A DNA stretch of 64,000 nucleotides from an uncultured Acidobacteriota bacterium. GTDB lineage: Bacteria; Acidobacteriota; Thermoanaerobaculia; Multivoradales; UBA5704. Below the pieces are notes generated by a model. That model was not told where the DNA came from. It made no database searches and saw only the letters and a list, made by a program, of their open reading frames with translations. The stretch is from positions 2,752,001-2,816,000 of the forward strand of contig CAVYRF010000002.1 in the NCBI GenBank assembly GCA_963770895.1, read 5' to 3'. Shown here one piece after another: positions 45,689 through 55,181 of the stretch (the stretch's first letter is position 1; each line of letters opens with the position of its first letter). Position numbers and translations under genes: made by a program.

Positions 45689-46771
45689 CTAGCCGGCCAG
45701 CAGGCCATCGCTGGCCATCAGCTCGGCGTTGAGCAGGGCGGCGCCGGCGGCGCCGCGCATGACGTTGTGGGCCAGGGCGACAAATTTCCAGTGCAGGACC
45801 GGGCATGGGCGCAGGCGGCCGACGGAGGTCGCCATGCCGCGCTCCAGCCCGGCGTCCTTGCGGGTCTGCGGCCGGTCGGGCGCTTCCATCAGGTGGATGG
45901 GGGCGAGCGGCGCGGTCGGCAGGCGCCGCTCCTGCGGCAGGCCGCGCCAGGAGGTGAGCGCGGCGACCAGCTGCTCGCGCGTCGGACTGGCGGCGAATTC
46001 GACGCTGGCCGCCACCAGGTGGCCGTCCACCGCCGCCACGCGGTGGCAGGCGGCGCTCACCGTGAAGGGGAGCGGCCGCACCTGGTCGCCGTCCAGGTCG
46101 CCCAGGATCTTCTGCGGCTCGCTTTCGATCTTGGGCTCCTCGCCGCCGATGTGGGGGACGACGCTGCCCAGGATGTCGAGCGACGGCACCCCCGGATAGC
46201 CGGCGCCGGAGACGGCCTGCAGGGTGGTCACCAGGACGCGCCGCAGCCCGAACTGGCGCAGGGGGGCAAGCGCCATCACCAGCACCACGGCGGCGCAGTT
46301 GGGATTGGTGACGATCGCCCCCTGCCAGCCGCGGCGCTGGCGCTGGACGGGCAGCAGCCCCAGGTGCGCGGGGTTGATTTCCGGCACCAGCAGCGGCACG
46401 TCGGCGGCCATGCGGAAGTGGCTGGAGTTGGAGATGACCAGGTGGCCGGCGGCGGCAAAGGCGGCCTCGATCTCGCCGGCCTGGGCGCCGGCCATCGAAG
46501 AGAACACGACGCGCGGGCCGCGCCCCGGCTCGCACTCGTCGACGCGCAGCTCGCCTAGGCGCGCGGGTGGCGCGCCTTCCAGCTGCCACTGGGTGGCGTC
46601 GGCGTAGCGCTTGCCGGCGCTGCGGTCGCTGGCGCCAAGCCAGGTGAGCTGGAACCAGGGGTGATCGGCCAGCAGCTGCACGAAGCGCTGGCCGACGGTG
46701 CCGGTGGCGCCCAGGATGCCGACCTCGATCCTGGCGGGGGTGGGCGGCGGGGCGGCGGTGGAGGTGTCCAT
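45689..46771 (-). CDS. asd: Aspartate-semialdehyde dehydrogenase (archaeal/eukaryotic-like type)
   Basis: GILGATGTVGQRF, SNSSHFRM, TNPNC, QAVSGAGYPG, HNVMRGAAG. Confidence 0.95.
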   Translation of the reverse strand: MDTSTAAPPPTPARIEVGILGATGTVGQRFVQLLADHPWFQLTWLGASDRSAGKRYADATQWQLEGAPPARLGELRVDECEPGRGPRVVFSSMAGAQAGEIEAAFAAAGHLVISNSSHFRMAADVPLLVPEINPAHLGLLPVQRQRRGWQGAIVTNPNCAAVVLVMALAPLRQFGLRRVLVTTLQAVSGAGYPGVPSLDILGSVVPHIGGEEPKIESEPQKILGDLDGDQVRPLPFTVSAACHRVAAVDGHLVAASVEFAASPTREQLVAALTSWRGLPQERRLPTAPLAPIHLMEAPDRPQTRKDAGLERGMATSVGRLRPCPVLHWKFVALAHNVMRGAAGAALLNAELMASDGLLAG

Positions 46772-46788
46772 GGCGGTGTGGCGGCTCC

Positions 46789-47805
46789 TCAGGCGGCGTC
46801 GGCGAGCAGCTGGCGCACCAGCTCGGCATACAGGCCGGCCGCCTCGACCAGCTGGCTCTTGGCAACGCGCTCGGCGGCGGTGTGGGCGTCGTGGATGCTT
46901 CCCGGCCCCAGCAGCAGGGGTTGGCCCCAGGCGGTCAGGCGCGGGATGTCGGTGGTGAATTTGACCACGGCGGTGGCGAAGCCGGGCAGGGCGCGCAGCG
47001 CCACCGCGGGCGTCTCGCGCACTTCGGCGACCCGCGCCGGAGCGACGGCGGCGATCAGGTCGCGGCGCAGCGCCGTGGTGTCGCCGACCGTGCGCACCAT
47101 CACTTCGGCGCGCGCCCGGTCGGCGATCACGTTGGGGGCCCGGCCGCCGGTCAGGGTGCCGATGTTGAGCGTCGTTTCGCCCAGCACCTCGGACGTCGGC
47201 AGCGGCACCTGGCGCAGGCGCCCCAGGGCGGCCAGCAGCTGGTCGATGGCCGAGTCGCCCAGCTCGGGATAGGCGGAGTGGGCGGCGCGCCCGTCGGCTT
47301 CGATCGCCAGGTAGAGCGAGCCCTTCGATCCCACGGCCAGGCGGTTGTCGGTGGGCTCGCCGTCGATCAGGAAGCGCGCCCCGCGCGGTGTCAGGTTGGC
47401 GGCGGTGGCGCCGGCGCTGTCGGTCTCTTCGCCCACCACCAGCAGGACGCCGAAGCCGCGCCGGCGCTCCTCGAGCAGGTGCGAAACGGCGCCGAGCATC
47501 GCCGCGATCGCCCCCTTGGCGTCGCACGCGCCGCGGCCGTGGATGTGGTCCGCGTCTTCGCGCGCCGGCAGGAACGGCGGCACGGTGTCCATGTGGGTGG
47601 ACAGCACCACCGCCGGCTCCCCCCAGGCGGCAAACAGGTTGAAGCGGCCGGGCGCGACCGGCAGGCGCTCGACGGTGCCGCCGCCGCGCGCCGCCAGCTC
47701 GCCCAGGCGCGCCGCCAGCAGCTCGCCCAGGCGGCCTTCGTTGCCGGTGATCGACTCGACGTCCACCAGCTCGCGGGTGAGGCGGAAGATCTCGGCCGGG
47801 GTCAT
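46789..47805 (-). CDS. M20 (ArgE/DapE) metallohydrolase, candidate succinyl-DAP desuccinylase
   Basis: LSTHMDTVPP, GRGACDAKG, VGEE, DGEPT, AAHS, GPGSIHDAHT. Confidence 0.88.
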   Translation of the reverse strand: MTPAEIFRLTRELVDVESITGNEGRLGELLAARLGELAARGGGTVERLPVAPGRFNLFAAWGEPAVVLSTHMDTVPPFLPAREDADHIHGRGACDAKGAIAAMLGAVSHLLEERRRGFGVLLVVGEETDSAGATAANLTPRGARFLIDGEPTDNRLAVGSKGSLYLAIEADGRAAHSAYPELGDSAIDQLLAALGRLRQVPLPTSEVLGETTLNIGTLTGGRAPNVIADRARAEVMVRTVGDTTALRRDLIAAVAPARVAEVRETPAVALRALPGFATAVVKFTTDIPRLTAWGQPLLLGPGSIHDAHTAAERVAKSQLVEAAGLYAELVRQLLADAA

Positions 47806-47815
47806 TGGGGAGCAG

Positions 47816-47873
47816 AGCGTAAGGCGCGCCGCCGCCGCCGTCAAATTGTGCCCGCCAGAGCTTGGGCTAAGAT
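47816..47873. promoter_or_regulatory. Back-to-back divergent promoters: minus TTGACG-N17-TACGCT (M20-asd); plus TTGTGC-N16-TAAGAT (fabI)
   Basis: Both fit in the 76-bp intergenic gap, each -10 lying 8-10 nt from an ATG. Confidence 0.55.
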
Positions 47874-47881
47874 ACCCGGCC

Positions 47882-48709
47882 ATGATTGCCATCGACCTTA
47901 CCGGTAAGCGGGCGCTGGTCATGGGCGTCGCCAACGCTCGCAGCCTGGGCTGGGCGATCGCCGAGCGGCTGCACGCCGCCGGCGCGCGGCTGGCCTTCAG
48001 CTACCAGGGCGAGCGGCTGCGCGACGACCTGGTGAAGCTCACCCGCGACCAGCCGGACGCCCTGCTGTACGACTGTGACGTGCGGCGCGACGCGGACATC
48101 GCGGCGCTCTTTGCCTCCCTCCAGGCGGAGTGGGGCGGCCTGGACTACCTGGTCCATTCCATCGCCTTCGCGCCGCGGCCCGCCATGGACGGCCGCTACG
48201 TGGACACGACGCGCGAGGATTGGGCGACGGCGCTGGAGGTGTCGGCCTATTCGCTGGTGGCGGTGGCGCGCGGCGCGGAACCGCTCCTGGCGCCCGGCGG
48301 CGGCATCATCACCCTCAGCTACTACGCCGCCGAAAAGGTGGTGCCGCGCTACAACGTCATGGGCATCGCCAAGAGCGCGCTGGAAGCCAGCGTACGATAT
48401 CTGGCCTACGACCTGGGCAAGCGCGACGTGCGGGTCAACGCGGTGTCGGCGGGCCCGGCGCGCACCGTCGCCGCGCGCAGCATCCCCGGCTTCATGAAGA
48501 TGTTCAACAAGGTCGGCGCCATCGCGCCGCTGGGGCGCAACGTCACCCACGAAGAGATCGGCAACCTGGGTCTGTTCCTGCTCTCGCCGCTCGCCGGCGG
48601 CATCACCGGTGAAACGGTGTACGTGGACGCCGGCTTCCACGTGATGGGCATGGAGCTGGGGGAGGACCCGGCGCCTCCCGCCGGCGGCGCGCCCGCCGGG
48701 GCGTCGTGA
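47882..48709 (+). CDS. fabI: Enoyl-ACP reductase
   Basis: GVANARSLGW, VHSIAFAP, YNVMGIAKSALE, NAVSAGP. Confidence 0.95.
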   Translation: MIAIDLTGKRALVMGVANARSLGWAIAERLHAAGARLAFSYQGERLRDDLVKLTRDQPDALLYDCDVRRDADIAALFASLQAEWGGLDYLVHSIAFAPRPAMDGRYVDTTREDWATALEVSAYSLVAVARGAEPLLAPGGGIITLSYYAAEKVVPRYNVMGIAKSALEASVRYLAYDLGKRDVRVNAVSAGPARTVAARSIPGFMKMFNKVGAIAPLGRNVTHEEIGNLGLFLLSPLAGGITGETVYVDAGFHVMGMELGEDPAPPAGGAPAGAS

Positions 48710-48761
48710 GGCGGCTCCGGCCGCGGGGAACGCGGCGACCGCGGCAGAGCGAGGGACGACG

Positions 48762-49871
48762 ATGCAGGCGCTGATCCTGGCCGGAGGCAGCGGCACGCGG
48801 TTCTGGCCGCTGTCGCGGCGGCGGCGGCCCAAGCAGCTGCTCAGCCTCGAGGGCGCCGACAGCTTGCTGCGGGCGACCGCCCTGCGCCTGGCGCCGCTGG
48901 TGCCCCCGGAGGCGATCTGGGTGTGCACCACGGCCGAGCTGGCCCCGGCGGTGCGCCGCGATCTGCCCGAGGTGCCGCCCGAGCAGGTGCTGGTCGAGCC
49001 GCAGGGGCGCAACACGGCGCCGGCGATCGCCTGGTCGTTGCTGTCGATGCCACAGGCGGTGCGCGACGGCGTGGTGGCGGTGCTGCCGGCCGACCATCGC
49101 ATCGGCCAGCCGGAAAGCTTCCGCCAGCTGCTCGGCCAGGCGGCCCAGGTGGTGCGCGCGGAGGACCGGGTGATGACGCTCGGGGTGACGCCGCGCTGGG
49201 CGGAAACCGGGTACGGCTATCTTGAGGTGGCGGCCCCGGCGGCTTCGTCGGCCCCGGCAATCCCGGCGACCCCGGCAACCCCAGCAATGGATGAGACCGG
49301 CGCGGCGGCCGCCGCCGGTGTGCGGCGGGTGGTGCGCTTCATCGAAAAGCCCAACGCCGCCGACGCGGCGCGCTATGCCGCCTCGGGCTGCCACCTGTGG
49401 AACGCCGGAATCTTCGTCTTTCGCGGCAACCGCCTGCTGGAGCTGATCGCCCACCACGATCCCGAGCTGGGGCGCGGCCTGGCGGCGATCGCCGCGGCGC
49501 CGGAGCGCCTGGCGGAGCTGTACGCGACCCTGCCGGCGCGCTCGATCGACTACGCGGTGATGGAGAAGCTCGATTCGCTTTCCACGCTGCCGCTCGACTG
49601 CGGCTGGAGCGACCTGGGCGGCTGGGCGGCGCTGCAGGAAGTGCTGCCGGCCGACGCCGGCGGCAACACCGGCCGCGGCGACCGCGTGGCGGTCGACGCC
49701 AGCGGCAACCTGCTGTTCTCCGACGCCGGCACCATCGCCGTGCTGGGCGTTCACGACCTGGTGGTGGTGCGCACCGGCGACGCCGTGCTGGTGATGCCCA
49801 AGGAGCGCGCGCAGGAGGTGCGCCGGCTGGTGCAGGAGCTGGCCGACCAGGGGCGTGAGGAGCTGCTCTGA
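48762..49871 (+). CDS. manC: Mannose-1-phosphate guanylyltransferase
   Basis: LAGGSGTRFWPLSR..RPKQ, EPQGRNTAPA, PADH, ETGYGY, FIEKP, WNAGIF, WSDLG. Confidence 0.93.
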   Translation: MQALILAGGSGTRFWPLSRRRRPKQLLSLEGADSLLRATALRLAPLVPPEAIWVCTTAELAPAVRRDLPEVPPEQVLVEPQGRNTAPAIAWSLLSMPQAVRDGVVAVLPADHRIGQPESFRQLLGQAAQVVRAEDRVMTLGVTPRWAETGYGYLEVAAPAASSAPAIPATPATPAMDETGAAAAAGVRRVVRFIEKPNAADAARYAASGCHLWNAGIFVFRGNRLLELIAHHDPELGRGLAAIAAAPERLAELYATLPARSIDYAVMEKLDSLSTLPLDCGWSDLGGWAALQEVLPADAGGNTGRGDRVAVDASGNLLFSDAGTIAVLGVHDLVVVRTGDAVLVMPKERAQEVRRLVQELADQGREELL

Positions 49872-49885
49872 TCCAACCTCTGCAG

Positions 49886-50665
49886 GTGGCCACGGCCGGC
49901 GGTGAGCACGGCCTGGCGGAGCTTGGCACGCCGCTGCCGCTTTCCGGTCTGGTTCCCCCCGAGCAGGCGCCCTGGGAGGTCGAAATCGGCTTCGGCAAGG
50001 GGCGGTACCTGCTGCGCCGCTGCCGCGAGTCGCCGGAGCGCCGCTTTCTCGGCATCGAGCAGGTGGCCGAGTACCACCGGATGTTCGTCGGGCGGGCGCG
50101 CCGCAAGGGGGTGGGCAACTGGATGGCGCTGCACGGCGAGGCGCTCTACCTGCTCTGCGCGGTGTTGCCCCGCGGCTTTGCCGCGGCGGTGCACGTGTAT
50201 TTCCCCGATCCGTGGCCCAAGGTCCGCCATCACAAGCGGCGGCTGTTCGACCCGGTGACGGTGGACCTGGTGGCCGGGCTGCTGGCGCCGGGGGGGCGGC
50301 TGTATTTCGCCACCGATTTCCTGGACTACGGCGCCCTGGTCCAGGAGCTGCTGGCCGGCTATCCGGCGCTGGCGGTGGCGCGCCGCGACGGCGGGTGGGA
50401 CGACGGCGCGCGCACCAACTACGAAGCCAAATACATTGCCGAGGGAAGGCCGATCCTGCGCCTGGAGGCGGTTCTGAACGGGACGGCGGCACTGCACCCG
50501 CAAGGACGCCGGGCGGTGCTTGCCGCCACCTGGCAGGAGGCGGCGGACGACGCGGCGCCGGCGGCGGGTGATGCCGCGACGGCGGTGGGAGACGCCGCGG
50601 CGGCGTCGCGGACCGGCACGCCGGAGGCCGCAGGAAACATCCGGGCCGCGGGTTCTATGGATTGA
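49886..50665 (+). CDS. trmB: tRNA (guanine-N7)-methyltransferase
   Basis: EIGFGKG, YFPDPWPKVRHHKRR, TNYEAKY. Confidence 0.9.
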   Translation: MATAGGEHGLAELGTPLPLSGLVPPEQAPWEVEIGFGKGRYLLRRCRESPERRFLGIEQVAEYHRMFVGRARRKGVGNWMALHGEALYLLCAVLPRGFAAAVHVYFPDPWPKVRHHKRRLFDPVTVDLVAGLLAPGGRLYFATDFLDYGALVQELLAGYPALAVARRDGGWDDGARTNYEAKYIAEGRPILRLEAVLNGTAALHPQGRRAVLAATWQEAADDAAPAAGDAATAVGDAAAASRTGTPEAAGNIRAAGSMD

Positions 50666-50678
50666 GGAGGTAACAACA

Positions 50679-51017
50679 ATGGCTACTCGCCAACTCAAAA
50701 CCAAGCTCACGATTCTCACGTTGATCGCTAGCTGTGCACTGTTCGTCGCCACCGCCACTCCTTCCCACGCCGGCGTCGTCGTCGGCTTCAACGTCGGCTT
50801 CGCGCCGCCGGTGGCGCCCGTCGAAGTCGCGGTGGCCGCTCCCGGTCCCGGCTACGTCTGGGTCGCCGGCCACTACGGCTGGTACCCCGGCGTCGGCTAT
50901 CGCTGGGAGCGCGGCGCCTGGCTGCGGCCGCCCTACCCGCACGCGGCGTGGGTCGGTCCCCGCTACGTCTATGGCCCCCACGGCCGCATGTTCTACCGCG
51001 GCTACTGGCGCCGCTGA
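50679..51017 (+). CDS. Secreted YXWGXW-repeat protein
   Basis: GAGGAGG RBS, signal peptide, PGPGYVWVAGHYGW, YRWERGAW, YRGYW. Confidence 0.85.
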   Translation: MATRQLKTKLTILTLIASCALFVATATPSHAGVVVGFNVGFAPPVAPVEVAVAAPGPGYVWVAGHYGWYPGVGYRWERGAWLRPPYPHAAWVGPRYVYGPHGRMFYRGYWRR

Positions 51018-51159
51018 CGCCCAGCCTTAACCCCCCCGCGGTACCTCGCTTCGCAACACCTGCCGGCCGCTCGGCGCGCTCCGCCGACGCGGCCGGCAGC
51101 CGTTTTGGCGCGTCTCCGGCGCGGTCGGCAATGATATTGTCCCGACCGGGAGCCTGCCC

Positions 51160-52905
51160 TTGCTCAAACGTCTTGCCGCCCTCTGGCCCTACCTGTCGCG
51201 GTACCGTTGGAAAGTGGTCTGCGGACTGCTGACCACCGCCGCGTCTGTCGCCTTTGGACTGATCAATCCCGTGGTGGTCGGCAGGGCGATCGATGCCTTG
51301 CATACGCAGATTCGCCCTACGCGGCTGCTCGCATATGCCGGGCTGATCGTGGCCGCCAGCATGGCGCAGGGAATCTTCAGCTTCGCGCAGCGGATGATCC
51401 TGGTGGGGATGAGCCGCGACATTGAGTTCGACCTGCGCAACGACTACTTTGCCGCCCTGGAGCGGCAGCCGCCGGCCTTCTTTCACGACCATCCCACCGG
51501 CGACCTGATGGCGCGCGCCACCAACGACCTGCAGGCGGTGCGCATGATCTGCGGGCCGGCGATCATGTACCTGGCCAACACGGTGCTCACCGGCACCGGC
51601 GCAATGTTCTTTATGTTGCGGATCCACTGGGGGCTTGCCCTGATGGCGCTCGCCGCCACGCCGGTGGTGGCGCTGGTGACGCAGTTCTACGGCCAGCGCA
51701 TCCACGTCTTCTTTCAGCGCGTGCAGGAACGGTATTCGGAAGTGACGGCGCGGGCGCAAGAAAGCCTTTCCGGCGTGCGGGTGGTGCGCGCCTACGCGCA
51801 GGAAGAGCACGAGCAGGAGGCTTTCGGCCGCCTGAACCGCGCCTACGTCACCGCCAACAAGCGGCTGATCGGCTGGTCGGTGAGCTTTCACCCGCTGTTG
51901 CAGGCGATCATCGGCGTGGCGATGGCGGCCGTGCTGTGGTACGGCGGGTCGCTGGTGCTCGCCCAGCGCATCAGCATCGGCCAGCTGGTGAGCTTCAACT
52001 TCTTCCTTGCCAAGCTGGTCTGGCCGATGATCGCGCTCGGCTGGGTGGTCAACCTGGCGCAGCGGGGCGCGGCCTCGCTGGGGCGGATCCAGGCGGTGCT
52101 ACGGACGGTGCCGGCGATCCGCGACGAGCCGCCGCTGGTCGAAGATGCGGACCTGCGCGGCGCGGTGACCATGCGCGGTCTCACTTTCTTCTATCCCGGC
52201 GGCAAGTCGCCGGTGCTCGGCAACGTCGAGCTGGACGTGGCGGCGGGGCAGACGCTGGCGCTGGTCGGCCGCACCGGCGCCGGCAAGAGCACGCTTTTGT
52301 CGCTGATCCCGCGGCTGCTCGATCCGCCTCCCGGCAGCCTGCTGATCGACGGCATCGACGTCCGGCGCCTGCCGCTGGCGCACTTGCGGGCGGCGATCGC
52401 GATGGTGCCGCAAGAAACCTTTCTGTTTTCCGCCACGCTGCGCGCCAACATCGCGCTCGGGGTGCCCGACGCCGCCGACGCCCAGATCCTGGAGGCGGCG
52501 CGGACGGCAGGACTGCAAAGCGACCTGGCGGGCTTCCCCAAGGGGCTCGACACCCTGGTGGGCGAACGCGGCCTCACCCTGTCCGGCGGTCAGAAGCAGC
52601 GGGTGGCGCTGGCGCGGGCGTTGCTGCGCCAGCCGCGCATCCTGCTGCTCGACGACTGCCTTTCGGCGGTCGATACCCAGACCGAAGAGCTGATCCTGCG
52701 CAACCTGCGGGCGGTCTTCGCCGGCCGCACGGTGCTGCTGGTGTCGCACCGCATCTCGACCGTCAAGGACGCCGACCAGATCCTGGTGCTCGACGGCGGC
52801 GAGGTGCTGGAACGCGGCACCCATGGGCAGCTGCTTGCCGCGGGCGGCATCTACGCCGACCTCCACCAGCGACAGCTGCTGGAGGAGGAGCTGGCGGCGG
52901 TGTGA
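51160..52905 (+). CDS. ABC exporter half-transporter (MdlA-like)
   Basis: TMD with TGDLMARATND; GRTGAGKST, LSGGQKQR, LLLDDCLSAVD. Confidence 0.93.
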   Translation: MLKRLAALWPYLSRYRWKVVCGLLTTAASVAFGLINPVVVGRAIDALHTQIRPTRLLAYAGLIVAASMAQGIFSFAQRMILVGMSRDIEFDLRNDYFAALERQPPAFFHDHPTGDLMARATNDLQAVRMICGPAIMYLANTVLTGTGAMFFMLRIHWGLALMALAATPVVALVTQFYGQRIHVFFQRVQERYSEVTARAQESLSGVRVVRAYAQEEHEQEAFGRLNRAYVTANKRLIGWSVSFHPLLQAIIGVAMAAVLWYGGSLVLAQRISIGQLVSFNFFLAKLVWPMIALGWVVNLAQRGAASLGRIQAVLRTVPAIRDEPPLVEDADLRGAVTMRGLTFFYPGGKSPVLGNVELDVAAGQTLALVGRTGAGKSTLLSLIPRLLDPPPGSLLIDGIDVRRLPLAHLRAAIAMVPQETFLFSATLRANIALGVPDAADAQILEAARTAGLQSDLAGFPKGLDTLVGERGLTLSGGQKQRVALARALLRQPRILLLDDCLSAVDTQTEELILRNLRAVFAGRTVLLVSHRISTVKDADQILVLDGGEVLERGTHGQLLAAGGIYADLHQRQLLEEELAAV

Positions 52906-52969
52906 AAACCTTTCTGGCGATTCCGCAATGACCCATTCGCCGTCGCACGCAAACGCGCAAGGAGATCTC

Positions 52970-55144
52970 ATGCGACGTAAGCTGCTGCCCACGACCCTCC
53001 TGTGCCTCTTCTCGCTGGCGCTCGGCCTGCTCGCCCTGTCGCAAGCCGCGCGCCCGGTCGAGGGCGCCGCGGCGCAGGCCGCGGCGGCGCAGGCCGCGGC
53101 GGCTCCGGCCGCGGCTCATCCCGCGGCCGCGACCTCGATCGCGCCGGCAACGCCCGCGCCTGCGCCGGCCGCGCCCGCCGCCGTCCCCGCCGGCGCACGG
53201 CCCGCGGCCGCCCCCGGCGAGCTGCGCTACGTCGTCCTCCTGGCCGGCAATCGCGCCGGCAGCGCCACCGCCCGCTCGGCCGGCGACGTGTGGAACTTCA
53301 CCTTCGAATTCAACGATCGCGGGCGCGGCCCCAAGGTGAACGTGCAGGCGGTGCTCGACCGCCACGGCGTGCCGCTGCGGCTCGACGTCAACGGCTTCGA
53401 TTACTACAAGAAGCCGGTCAGCGAGCACTACGAGGAGACGGACGGCAAGGCCAGCTGGAAGAACTCCGCCGAGACGGGCCAGCGCGAGGCCTTCGGGCGC
53501 GCCTTCTACATGGACATGGAGGGGTCGCCGCTGGAGATCTGGCTGCTGGCGCGGGCGATGCTGGCGTCCGGCGACCGCATGGCGCTGTTGCCGGATGGCA
53601 ACGCCCGCATCGAAGAGGTGAAGTCGCAGCTGGCGCAGGGGCCGGGTTTTGCCCGCACCGTCCACCTGTACGAGATCACCGGCCTCGGTCTCGAACCGAG
53701 CTACATCTGGTTGGACGACCACCAGGGACTGTTCGCGATGCACGACGGCTGGTCGGACGTCATCCTGGAGGGATGGGAAGCCGCCAAGGATGCCCTGATC
53801 CAGGCCCAGGAGCAATTTGCGGCGGGGCGTGACAAGCAGCTGGCCGCCCGGCTGGCGCGCCGGCCCGACGAGCACCTGGTGATCCGCAATGCGCGCCTGT
53901 TCGATCCGGAAACGCTCACCAGCCGGCCGGGCATGAGCGTGCTGGTGGCCGCGGACCGCATCGAAAAGGTGGGGCCGGACCGTGACGTCGACGCCCCGGC
54001 GGGCGCCGAGGTGATCCGTGCCGGCGGCAAGGCGCTGCTGCCGGGGCTGTGGGACATGCACGTCCATCTGTCGCCGGTCGACGGCCGGCTGCACCTGGCC
54101 GCCGGAGTCACCAGCGTGCGGGACATGGCCAACGATATCGACAATCTGCAGGACATGCGACGCCGCTTCGACAGCGGCGACGCGTTGGGCCCGCGGGTGC
54201 TCATGGCCGGCTTCGTGGACGGCCCCGGCCCCTACGCCGGGCCCTCCAAGGTGCTGGTTTCGACCGAGGCCGAAGCGCTCAAGGCGGTCGATCGCTATCA
54301 CGACCTGGGTTACATCCAGATGAAGATGTACAGCTCGCTCGATCCCAAGCTGGTGCCGGTGATCGCGCAGCGCGCCCACCAGCTCGGCATGCGGGTGTCG
54401 GGGCACATCCCCAACGGCCTCATCGCCGAGCAGGCGGTGGAGCAGGGCTACAACGAGATCCAGCACGTCAACTTCCTGTTCCTCAACTTCCAGACCGGCG
54501 TCGACACGCGCACGCCGCAGCGTTTCATCGCCGTCGCCGAGCATGCGGCGGACCTCGACCTGAGCTCGCCCGAGGTCCGCAACTTCCTCTCCCTGCTCAA
54601 GCAGCGGCACGTCGCGATCGATCCGACGGTCAACGTCTTCGAGAGCCTGTTCACCGACCGGCCCGGCACGGTCGGCCCACGCCTGACCGAGATCCTCGAC
54701 CGCATGCCGCTCTCGCTGCGCAGGACGCTGGTGCGGGGCGAGGGTCTGCCGGTGCCCGAAGGCAAGGACGCCCAATACCGCAAGTCCTTCAAGGCCTGCC
54801 TGGCGATGGTCAAGGCCCTCTACGACAACGGCATCCAGATCGAAGCCGGCACCGACAGCCTGCCGGGTTTCAATCTCCACCGCGAGCTGGAGCTGTACGT
54901 CGAAGCCGGCATCCCGGCGCCCGAAGTCCTGCGCATCGCCACCCTGGGCGCCGCGCGCATCACCTCGCGCGACAAGGACCTGGGCTCGATCGCCCCCGGC
55001 AAGCTGGCCGACTTCATCCTGGTGGACGGCGATCCCGCGGCCAACATCGCCGACATCCGCCGCGTCACCCTCACCGTCAAAGGCGGCATCGTCTACGACC
55101 CCGCCAACATCTACCGCTCCCTGGGGGTCAAGCCGGCGGTATAA
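52970..55144 (+). CDS. Secreted amidohydrolase-family protein
   Basis: AGGAG RBS, signal peptide; PGLWDMHVH, GVTSVRD, AGTD, GSIAPGKLAD. Confidence 0.9.
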   Translation: MRRKLLPTTLLCLFSLALGLLALSQAARPVEGAAAQAAAAQAAAAPAAAHPAAATSIAPATPAPAPAAPAAVPAGARPAAAPGELRYVVLLAGNRAGSATARSAGDVWNFTFEFNDRGRGPKVNVQAVLDRHGVPLRLDVNGFDYYKKPVSEHYEETDGKASWKNSAETGQREAFGRAFYMDMEGSPLEIWLLARAMLASGDRMALLPDGNARIEEVKSQLAQGPGFARTVHLYEITGLGLEPSYIWLDDHQGLFAMHDGWSDVILEGWEAAKDALIQAQEQFAAGRDKQLAARLARRPDEHLVIRNARLFDPETLTSRPGMSVLVAADRIEKVGPDRDVDAPAGAEVIRAGGKALLPGLWDMHVHLSPVDGRLHLAAGVTSVRDMANDIDNLQDMRRRFDSGDALGPRVLMAGFVDGPGPYAGPSKVLVSTEAEALKAVDRYHDLGYIQMKMYSSLDPKLVPVIAQRAHQLGMRVSGHIPNGLIAEQAVEQGYNEIQHVNFLFLNFQTGVDTRTPQRFIAVAEHAADLDLSSPEVRNFLSLLKQRHVAIDPTVNVFESLFTDRPGTVGPRLTEILDRMPLSLRRTLVRGEGLPVPEGKDAQYRKSFKACLAMVKALYDNGIQIEAGTDSLPGFNLHRELELYVEAGIPAPEVLRIATLGAARITSRDKDLGSIAPGKLADFILVDGDPAANIADIRRVTLTVKGGIVYDPANIYRSLGVKPAV

Positions 55145-55181
55145 AGGCGGGCGCGCGCCGGTCCTTTGCCGGCCGCCGCGG

